From contig JYFJ02004435.1 in NCBI GenBank assembly GCA_000934665.2, positions 1-32,243 of the forward strand: DNA of 32,243 bases, in the 5' to 3' direction. Positions within the stretch are counted from its first letter, which is position 1. Each line of letters opens with the position of its first letter. The position numbers and the translations under genes are program-made. Positions 12,101 through 24,143 of this stretch are shown here, piece after piece. Under the pieces are notes generated by a model. That model was not told where the DNA came from. It saw only the letters and a list, made by a program, of their open reading frames with translations, and made no database searches. The stretch is from Catajapyx aquilonaris. Taxonomy: Eukaryota.

Positions 12101-15100
12101 ACAAGATTGTGTGGTTGGAGAATGGAGTCCTTGGGTGGTGGCCAACGTCGGATGCATCAGTGACACAGGCGAAACTAGGGTACGGTTGCGTAAGAGAAGA
12201 AGAGAAGCATTGCAATTACCACTGGCAGGAGGTGAACCATGCCCACATTTGGTCGAAGAAATGAAAGACTCTAAAGATCTGCCTCCTTGCACTCACTTGT
12301 GAGTATTCCTCATTAATCCATTGCAAACACACTCTGACCAGACCATCTGGTATCACCCTAGCTACAAATGGCTGGCAGCTCCATGGAGCAAATGCGCCGT
12401 GAGTTCGGCCGAAGTACCTTCCCGTACCGAAGTCACATGTGGTGGTGGAGTACAAACAAGGAGTCTGAGATGTGCAGATGCAACCACCGGTACACCGTTA
12501 GAAAATTCGCAGATGTGTGACGAACTGCTGACGCCACTGCCTCGAGTGCAGCGATGCGAGGTTCCATGCCCTCGAGACTGCACAGTTGGTCCCTGGGGTC
12601 CCTGGGGTTCCTGCCGGCCAGTCTCGGACTGCCCACCGGTGCCGGATCATACCTCGGGGTCACGGAAGAGGGTTCCCACTCCATCTCAAGAAGGTTAGTA
12701 CTTATTCGTTGCTCTGGGTGCCGGTCTTACTGTCGCTTTCCGAAGCGCGCGGGTACAGCATGTGGCATAATATTATGGTTATAGGCTTTCAACTGGAGGT
12801 CAAGAATTCCATCCCTGGTCCTGATCGTCCTGACCGTGATTTATTTTGCGGCCGGTTTTTATACAGTTTTCCGGGATAAATTCGGGATGGTTTCCGTTTC
12901 GGAATGGCCGAGGTCGCTTCCTTTCACCTCTACCATTCTCCCTCATTAAGATGTCGTACAAAAAGTGGGCTGCTAAAATTGGACAGCGATGAAGTCGGTT
13001 TGGCGATGGATCCCCTCTTAGAGCTAGCCAGGCAACCATGGCGCAAAATGTTACCACGCACGTTGTTCACTTAAAATAACACTTTTCGTCGGTACCTGCT
13101 GTAGAAACAATGTGATGAGAAATGAAAACGCGCACGTTATTGATTTATGCATTACTACGAGTATATTAAAGAATTCACTGGATCAGTTTATGCATACAGT
13201 AGGTTACAGTACATGTGCGCCGTTTTCTATATATAACTCCATGTATTATTCATGCTCAGTGAGTGCTGTAATATTGTCTTAGCAACCCTTAATCGGTTTC
13301 ATGCTAAGTTTATATTGGCACGGAGAAGCAATGGAAGTGCAGCAGTCTTCATTCGTCTTATTCATTTCCATCACGGCTTGTCCCTAATGCTAATCGAAGG
13401 GGTCGCCAACTATAACCAAAATCCGGCAACGCTGCTAGTGAACCTAATAAATAAGCTAATTATTACTAACAAGTAGCAGTGATTGGTAACGGTTACTCGT
13501 TAATAACCAGCGCCACTGCGGAGAGAAGAGGAAACAAAGTCGATTCGCATAATAAATAATAAAATAAAGGCAACGAATTAAGAAATGCAATCGCAATTAT
13601 GTCAAATTAGTCACTTGAGTATCACACATGCGCGTAAAAATCCGCTTTTTAGAGAAACTTTGAGAATAAAATCGTGCTGACCTGTAGAGTGTGACAGTGA
13701 GCACCCTGAGCAAGGACGCTGGCGACTATGCCTGGGAGATGGTTTGGCGAGTTGGTTCATGATTCAGATGAAGTATATAGAACAACTATTTTAAACTAAT
13801 CAAAAGACAATTATTATCCCACTTCGGTGGGCTAGGTCATGCAGTTGACCTGTGGCAGCTCCTATGGGCATTTACCGTAGGCTGCTGCGGGCTGACATAC
13901 TGACCTCTTACCAAATATTATATACGCGCTACGCGTAGCTCGTATATATAATATTTGCTCTTACCGCCTCTGTGATGGGTGTTGTGATGCCCAAAAGTGC
14001 ATGAAGATAATATAATTTGTTAGCACGGTAAGTCAGTAACATACAAATCAGATTCAAGGCGCATAATATAGCCCTATAGAAATAACGCGTACCGTATTAA
14101 CTGAATAATCAGCATAAAATCAGCTAAATTATGAAAAAAACCATTAATAAGTGGCTAGCGATTTGCGTCACCTTCGCCGAATGCATACCAAAAGTCAAGC
14201 CACAATATATATTTAAAATTATACGGGCTTTTTAAACCCCTGGATTTTACATTTTAAATGGGGCCTAAATCACGGTCTGCCTGTCGACGCGGCCATCTTT
14301 TATTGCCCTCCACGTTCCCAAAAATAATGTTTAACTTAATGTGCGATGGTGGAACACAATCCGTATAGGTTGAAGTTGAGATGCAGTGTAAATAACACTC
14401 ACCAAAGCTAATCCTTACCAGACAATTCTTAATTACACACTGGCAAAAACATGGTCTGACTACTAGGTACATGAGAGAAAGCAGAATATGTAATTAGGCA
14501 TATAAATACACTGCCAAGCCATGCTATTTCAGTGCAAGTACTTGTATAGGCGGGGTAGTGCCATTTTAAGAGCGCATTATTGCAATATTCAACCATGGTA
14601 AGTTTGCATTGCCAATCTGTGGGTTATGAGGTACGGGCTTAATGATTGTATAATTTTAATTGGCATCCGGTTCATTAAACAAGAGGTAGATAGCCATTTA
14701 AGACAATCTGACCACTCCCAGAGGCAGTATCTGCTAACACACATTTCCCAACTCCGTAAATAATAAAGCCCACAATGCAATAATAATGCGAACGTCTCGT
14801 CACACTATATGTGGCTCCGGGCTCTTGGCAACACTTCATATTGCCTGGATGAAATGAGAGAACTGGACACTGTCCAAGCAATTTGTTAGTAGGAAATGCT
14901 TTCACCCCTGTGGCTCAGTGGTAGAGCAGCACTCAGCCATTGAATGCTGACCCAGGTTCGATTCCTGGCAGGGGAAAGCGACACACCTGTAGTGCATGGT
15001 TGGAAGGTAGGAAAAACTGTTTTGCATGCCAGGCGTAGTGATATATTTTATGCTTAACATAAATTTGGAATTTCAACAGGATACCGTCTCCGGGTGAGGC

Positions 15101-16103
15101 ATATCCAGGTTGCTCCCAGCCCTGGGGGAATGCCATGTTCCGCATTACAGGAGGTGCAATCATGTTCCGATCCAGCTTGTCACAGGTTGGGGGACATCCA
15201 TATATACGTAAGGCTTTTGGGGCCATATTTATATCTCCTGTCTCCTTATCACCTGCACTATACGTTGGTTTTCAGACACCCCTGAAACGACACTACACTG
15301 CCTATAGTTTGCTTCATCTCACACTGTCGTCAGTTCTTGGCACGATGAGTAAATAAGAACATTGTTTTTGCATATAGCGCTAATTTAAAATACTCTGATC
15401 CGTGTTGATTTTTAATAACTAAATTCTGCTACTACAGTAGTATTGTATCCTATTTTATTAATTGATTACTTTAACTTTAAAGTCTACTTCTCACAAGGCG
15501 CGACCGTCTAACAGACTACATAATTATTCACGTAGTACCGGTATTTAATTTTATGCTTATGTTAATGTTATTTCACTTAGCTCAAAATATTATCTCCAGT
15601 CACTAAATTTTAAGTCATAAGGTATCCAAAATTACGGCATCATTTTTTTTGTTGCTTTGCATAAAAATTGATGCGATTCCATTTTCAAGCAACAGCAGAG
15701 AAAAGTATAATATGAGTTCCCCTTTTGCTGTATTATTTATTAATGCATGTCAGCCCTAGCCCCCAAGGAAGAAACTACTAAATATAACGTCCACGTCATT
15801 ATACTCCGTATGTTTCTGGACATTGTTCCACAGTGTATAGAATATTATACACCGAATAGGGCGGCACGGTGGTCTAGTGGTTATCGCCACAGCCTTGCCA
15901 CCTCTGAGGTCCCGAGTTCGGTCCCCGGGTCGGACAAGATACTTACGTGGATATAGAGTTTCGATGGGTTCTCTCCGTGTTCGCGTGGGTTTTCTAGTGA
16001 TTCTCCAGTTTCTTCCCGGAATCAAAATCCAGGACAGGCAATGATTAAAGACAAAGAAAAGATGATCCCTTAAAAGGCCCAAGGAGGCATATCACGGGGT
16101 ATC

Positions 16104-16179
<76 letters not shown>

Positions 16180-19100
16180 CGCCGAATATAAGAAAATATG
16201 AGAGGGTGTCTTTCCAGTAATAAACTAATAATTTCGCGACAGTGAAACTGTAAAATCGCGTAAAAGTGACAACTCCAGAACCACTCCTATAATACCTCTT
16301 TATTATGTAATTTATGGATGGCCCCTTGTGCAAACTGTAAAAATGATTCGGTAGTAAGGTTCGAAAGGAAATTTTATTGACTGCAGGTGGGAAGTTGGCC
16401 CATGGTCCAGTTGTCGCTTGATCGAAACATCAGCTCGACTGCCCAAGTCATTTAATCTGACCATGGCATCAATGTGGCCGCCACAGTGCGGAGACGGCAT
16501 GAGAGTTAGAAGAGTGGACTGTATCAGCTTAGGCGGGGTAAGTTATAAGGTCATTGGTGTACACTACCTGTACAGTCAACCGCATCTTTCATAACTAACA
16601 ACGCGTTTTTCCAGGTCAAGGTGGAGCCTCATCATTGTGACGGTGCGTCCAGTGGGGTACGACCTGCCGACTCTCAACCTTGTCGATTACCATGTCCATT
16701 CGACTGTGTCTTGGGAGAATGGAGCTCGTGGACACCATGTTCCAGGCCATGCAACGATGCTCATGCAGCATCGGCACCGCTGAAACGCCGCTTCAGAAGC
16801 GTTGTGGCACCAGCAGGACCAGGTGAGCACCACAAGTCCAGGTGTCCAGGACCACCTTATCACAATACCCGCATTTTCAGGAGGTCATCCATGCCCCGAT
16901 TCAGACCAACTCACCCAAATTGAACCATGCAACACTCATTCTTGTCGCGGGTTTTACTGGATGTCCATGCCATGGGAGCCGTGCGTCTCGGCAGAAGATG
17001 AGTGTGGTGAGAATAGTGGTTCTCGAAGCCGTGAGGTGTGGTGTGTGGATAGCAAGGCAGAAAGAGTGCCAGACTGGAGGTGTCTTCCAGCGGAAAGGCC
17101 ACCGTCTGACGAAGCCTGTGACATTTCATGCGGTCCACCTCTTGTTCCCCAGCTTCACTGTCAGGAGGAGAGTTGGACGCCGTGGTTGCCTTGTCCGGAC
17201 CATTGTGATCCAGGTATATGATGCACCCATGTCCCTTCTTGCAACAATGTAATAAATCCATTCTCTTTTACAGCGATAGTATCTGGAAATAGACTCATAT
17301 CTGTGCACCGTCGGAGGCGTCATCGTAGGGTATGTGCAACCTCAACAAGTGAAGATCCACAGGAGGAAGAGGAAGAGGAGGTTGAAGACTGCCCTTGTTA
17401 TCGTCGTCAGATTAGGTGGTCAGTGAGTGAATGGAGCGAATGTCACCTGCCAGCTGGAGAGCGCTGTGGTCGAGGTTACAGAGTGAGAGGTCAGTAAGTT
17501 ACATTACCTAAGGACGACACTGACATTTATGACAAAGACACTTCTGAAATATTGTCATAGAAGTAGGCCTACTGTACGGCTGAATTATATTTCTCGTATC
17601 AGAACCTCGGAGGTTTTCCGTAGTACAGTGCTGGACATTAATTCCGTCATACTGCTAGCGACATTTTCCGAAGCGGCAGACGTGCAAATCGAAGTGATAG
17701 AGTGCGAGCCGTGCGAGTAAGAAATGGTAGCCCTTGGGTAACGTCACTGGCTGGGGACAAGCCTTTCCTCCATTGCCCCCCAGCCGGTGACGTCACTCAA
17801 GGCCTACCTCTTCTTACTCGCACTGCTCACACTCTATCACTTCGATTTGCACTTCTGCCGCAACAGAAAATGTCGCAAGCAGTATGACGCGATTAATTTC
17901 CAACACTGTACAATATTCTTGACCTCCAACCTTTATCATTCCACACAGTTCAGAACAGAGACGACAACGCACTGTTATGGAGGGAAAATGGCCACCACGA
18001 AACTAAATTTTCGGAAACTTTGAACTTATCTCTAACATGGTGTGGGTTACATTAATATTACATTCGAAGAGTTGGATGCTGTCAGATCTAAAAGTATTCA
18101 CTGTATGGAAGATAGGCGGTACTGGTAGATGGCACAGGAGAGAAGTTGGTTGTGCGGTGCCGTTTTCAGTAATTTCGACTGGTTCTCCCGTCATAATTAA
18201 GCTCACAGAGTTCAACAGTCTGCAGAATATTGTCGTCTGGTCGGGATTTCTAGCTCTTAAACTCTCGGTACTATAGGCCACTTTGTGGACGGCTTAATGG
18301 GCTTTCACAAAATCCCATGCTTGGTCACTTGTTCTCTTCTCACTTTCGGCCACAAACCCAGTTGTTGCCCTGTTTTCGGAAACCACACTGATATCACATT
18401 CAACGTGGCAGCGACTAATTGCTCGCTGGGAGAGATCTTTATACGAAAAGTTGAAAAATTCTCAATCCTACATACCAGTGTTTCCCAAACAGTGAAAATA
18501 TCTATTTATTTATCATTTACTGTATTTATTTGTTTGTTTGATGATATTATCGTACTTTCGGAATTTCGCTCCCGTTTTAGACCACGGCTATTCCATTCCC
18601 AATATCTTCCCGCGAGCCTCAAAAATATCAATTCTCCCCTCGTTTGGAATGCAGTCGTATATTGCTAGGTCTCGACTTGCGTTTGAAGCAGCCAATCAAC
18701 CAAAGTGATGAACACAAATCCACTGCCGCGCCGGAAACTTCTTCAAGAGCTCTTAACGGCCATGAGATTTATCAGTAGTCTCTTTATGATGATTAAATGT
18801 TACTAAAAATAGCAGTCGAGATAACCTTGGTGAATATGACAAGTGGACTGGCCAGAAGAGCGCAAGCATGGTGGGGAAAAAATAAAATAACGAGTCTTAC
18901 TGAACCGTTTTGGAGTGATTTCGTACTACGGCATCAGCCATAAATGCGAAGCACGAACGGTTCTTAGATGCCATTGCAGTGCCTATTGGTAAATAATTGA
19001 TCGCCATCGTCAGCATCCCAGAAAACTGAAGCACCCACCTTGCCTACCAATATTTGGGCTAGTGGAATAACATTGACCGTTCGATTAGTTAATTCGCGGC

Positions 19101-22100
19101 GTAACCGGATTAAAATGCGGCACACTATCGACGAATAAATTCGTCGCATTTGGTAAGCGTCACCGACAGTTAAAATAAGCTGCTCATATTTGGGCCGAAA
19201 AATCTCCTTACAGTGAGTACTAAAATCAATGTCAGACTATGGTAGGCGTTGTTATGATGAATGTTTGAAATATGCAATATTTATTTCTAGCGCTAGCATG
19301 TCTAGAAGAGGGTCATCCTGTAGCACCGTCGGAATGTACGGGCCTGAACATGACATCAGATAACACCTGGGAAATATGCGACGTCGACTGCATCACCGGG
19401 TGTGCTGTGTCACAGTGGTCAGAATGGGATAGGTGTCCTTTAGTGACCGGTGCATGTGGTGGTCACAGACAACGACGGAGGCAGCTTTTGGGTGACTCGA
19501 CAGATCGTCCGAAATGCAGTGGACTAAGCCTAACCCAGTCTTTGTCATGTCCTTGTCGACCGTTCATGTCACGCCCGGATGGCGATTGGTCACCTTGCAT
19601 TGTCCCTGATGGCAATTGCGGAGTTGGAAAACGCTTCCGACGTCTAGCCTGTTTTGACTCTAATGGTCATTTGGCCGAACCCAGGTGAGGGTTCAAATTG
19701 TGGCTGACAATATTTCGGATTCTAACACCACTTTTTTCCAGAATGTGTGGTGCAGAAAGCGGACTGGAAGAGGAGCCATGTATGGTAGGATGTCCTGTAG
19801 ACTGCCGAGTTGGTGAGTGGTCATCCTGGTCACCGTGTCCTCTAGTTCCCAAATCAAAAGAGGATCTGCTGACTAAGAGGAGCAGAGAGGTGCTGACTCA
19901 GTCTTTGCATGGAGGTCGACCATGTCCAGAGCTAGTCCAGAAGCAGCCTTGCCGCATGGGCGAAGAGTCGGATGACGGCCTGGGGTTCGTGTGGCTACCA
20001 GGGCAATGGACCGAATGTCATTTGACTTCCACCGAAAACCGAGGAGCTCCATGTGGAAAAGGAAATCGTATGAGGCAAATCAAATGTGTGCATTTGACAG
20101 CCAGTCATGCTCCGGCCACTGTCAATGATGATATGTGCGATCCTATACTGAGGCCAGAGGATATGAGTACTTGTGAAATTACATGTCCTGGTGACTGCGC
20201 AGTTAGCGAATGGTCCGAATGGTCCGAATGTCCCAAGGTGAGTGCCTAAATATAATTAGCGATACTTCGCTACAGTATAGAATCGATTTAATTAACACAA
20301 GGTTTTCAGCCATGTTCAACAAATGTTCACCGTCGCCGTACCAGAGCAGTGCTTCGACCTCCCGCCAATCCTAATGGAGCATGCCCTTTGCTGCTGGAAA
20401 CCCAAACATGTAAAATTAACGTCACATGTTGGGAAGCCCAGTGGGATGTCACCGAATGGGGGTCATGCCTTCCTTTCGGAGGGTCTCCGTGTGGGGAAGG
20501 ACTCAAGACGAGAAAAGCTGTTTGTCGAAGATCAGACGGAAGAATAACATCAGAAAGGTTCGTCTGCATAGTATGACTATTAGAATTATTTTCTTAACTT
20601 AAGAAAATAATTCTAGATATTAGAATACAACACTTGCTTATAAACCATTTCAGCGCATGTGAGGGTAAGCAGAAATCAGCACCATTAGAAGCCTGGTGTT
20701 CTGTTGACTGTCCCATAAATTGCGAGGTCAGCGAATGGACCAGCTGGAACGACTCGCATTGCACTTGTGCTAAATTAGGTAGGGTATACTTCTAGTACGG
20801 CACATCTCAGCAGGCATCAAATCTGCGCCATTGTACTACCAACATGTAATGGCCCCTGTTAAAATTGCGACCATATTGGAACTGCCTATTACAGTCTTGG
20901 GATAGCTAAATCAATCGACCAGTACAATTAGTTTTTAACCCAACCTCATTGGATTTTAATTAAAAAATTACAGACAGATCGGCTGTATTGTGGCTATATT
21001 TTGTATGGACCCCTGGGTAAGCCTCCACATGGCAGAAATAGACATGACCAGTGGAACGAAGAAGAAAATTCCAGGGACTGCTACATGTTGCAGTAACTTA
21101 ATTTATGCACCGAATAAAGTGTGTTTCACTGACTGTTGTTATATAGACGGAGAGATGGTGAGAAAGCAATACATCGTAACAAATCCGAGCGAAATGGGTC
21201 GTCCATGCCCTTCACAATTGATACAATCCAAGCCTTGTCCACTTCGGCCCTGCTATCGCTGGCAACGAAGTGACTGGGGCACATGTGACTTACAGGTTCG
21301 TGATATTTTAATTCTTTGTATTCATATCTCAAAAATATTTTAAAGTTGGAAAGTCAAATTGTTCATATTAAATTTTCAGGGTGCCGATTGTGGGCACGGG
21401 ATGACCAGACGAGAAGTAACATGCATGGCTCAGTCGGGAGATATCGTGGACGATTCTTTGTGCCTCCAGTCTGCAGAGCCTATACCTGGAGATCCGACTG
21501 TGTTGGAGGCTATTTTGGATCTGAAGAAAGTGGAAGGATGCTACGGTGCTTGCGAAGGCGAATGTCAGGTTACCGAATGGGGCACCTGGGGACGATGCCA
21601 TCGCTCTCACACTGATGGGGAGAAAGGTATGGTCAATAATATCATTTTTAGTTTACAAATATATTTAGTTATTAATGTAGTTTATTGATACTGTACCGTG
21701 TAACTTTCTAGGTGGTTATCAAACTCGATCTCGAAGTGTGTTACGACTTCCGGATGCTCGTGGCATTCCATGTCCACTAGCACTGTGGGAGACACGTCCG
21801 TGTCTGATCCAGGGTTCTGAAGATTACGACAGCATAGACAACGAAGTTCTTCTAGCGGATTCGCCTACTTCGTGTCAGGAGAGCGGTGAGTCCATTTATT
21901 GATGATCCGCTAATATAATAACTCTGCATATATTGTCTCCGGCACCACTTTGGTTAATGTGACCATTATTCCCTATAGACAGTATAATACTTGTTTACGA
22001 GCGTGTTATAGACACCACTCTAGTTAGGAACTCTGACATTCCACAGCTTCCAGTGCGGATATCTTCCATTCTACTCCCACTTGTTACTGCATTAATTAGT

Positions 22101-23977
22101 GTTATGGATCGCGGTAGGGGTAATTGAATGCATGTTTCATCAATTAACGCTTAGTTTGACATGATTCTCCATTAGGGTTGTTTTTCATGCCTGTTTTGTA
22201 GTATATTATTAAGTAACTCACGTAGGCTACACCCATTCCACATGTTGGACACCTGCCTTAGAAGCTTTTCATTTTTGCTGTATTAGCCTGCGTCAGAGGT
22301 AGTACCACTTTAAGGATTATTCTCGCAGCAGCAGCTATTACAAAGCACAGTATTATGTAAACACAATAGAAGCGATGGAAGGAAAAATTATTACATTAAA
22401 AAAAATTAATACGTGTTTTGAAACAGAAGTCATGGCGCGTATCTTTCATTCAAACACCTGAGCATTTAGTGATGAACTATTTTATTGTATCTCCGCTTGA
22501 GTTCGTTCTATTTGATGTGATAAAAACACAATACGAATATAGCAAAGTGTGTCGGAAAACAAAAAAAGGAACGACATCCCCCACCAGCTATCGCCATAAA
22601 CAATGGGAAACAAGAGGAAATCAACCAAAAAATGCTCTCAATTATTATTGGTTTTATTTTTTTAAAGCCTATAAATGTGGTCACCAAGTTTGTGCATGCC
22701 ATTTCTCGACCGGTGGGGAAGCTCTTCAAGGCTATTAGCTTTGTGATATTAGATAGTGGTTGATGTCAGTCTGACACAGCCCCCGGACACTTATATACTA
22801 CATTCTGATGTTATCACCTGCCGAGGCATTTTGCAGGGGGTGCTCACCTGAGAGCGCCATGAGACATTTCAGAGCCCAGGTAAGTGGCGACCCTACCGGA
22901 CTAGGCTGAACTTTATAGGTACAAAAGGGAAGCGCTACATTGGGGGACCCAACATGGGCGCCGGCGGCCATATTGGGCCCGCATGTAGCGCTTCCCTTTT
23001 GTACCTATAAAGTTCAGCCTAGTCCGGTAAGGTCGCCACTTACCTTGGCTCTGAAATGTTTCATGGCGCTCTCAAGTGAGCACCTTCTGTAAAACGCCCC
23101 TGCAGGGGGTAGGTGGGAGTGTTCAGACCTGTCTTTCTATGACCATGGTCTGACATCATACTTTTTACTGGCTCAGTTCAGAGAGATCTGAAAACCCCTT
23201 TACTCGTTCATACTCTTAAGTTATTAGGAAAGAGGTCAAGTAAATACGGCAGGTGTTCGAATTAAATAATACAGGCCATTACTTTAACCCTACTATCGTA
23301 TATTTTAAAATTGTTCTTTGTAAATGGTGCAACTGGTTTGCTCAAAAATTAAGTGTGTTTCAGGAGGAACAAGCTGATTCCTTATAACCTATAGCATTGC
23401 TGAGCTACACCGCTCCCTCTTCCGATAACTTAATCTCAAAAGTGTAAAAAGTCAAAGTTTTTTGCCATCCAATATCCTTTCAGTTGCCTTCAGCGCCAAT
23501 CGGTTTCTCTCTTGCGGGTGAGATGAAGTCACATGCAAAAGTGGAACGTATAGGCCAATATGGCAGTGAGCAGTGGAAATCGCCAACTGATGGAAGGCAA
23601 TAAAAACGAATGGCACATTATCAACTACTAACCCAACCGCACATTTTTAAGTACGACCGTATTTAATCACTTTTAAGGTGCACCAACCAGGATAAGCTAC
23701 CAAAGTTACGTGCTGATAATAGTCATGCTCAGACTACTCTGATCTATAGATTTAACGAATCAACTATTCAAACGCAACCACTAAAACCACTTACGATGCA
23801 GCGTAAGAACCCGAGAATATTTGCGCCCATCCAATGGCTCATACGCTGAAACGGAATGCTCCTTGTAATAGCCCATAAAAATACCTATTTACACATGGCT
23901 TTTCGGAACCGCGGCGCCAAACAACTCCAGTGTTCAGGACGTCCCAACTATATATTCTGCACAGCAGTAGCGCAATC

Positions 23978-24032
<55 letters not shown>

Positions 24033-24084
24033 CTAGGCATCAACTTGCCAAAATTTGGCAACAAATTAGGCAAAATTGCGAAAG

Positions 24085-24143
<59 letters not shown>

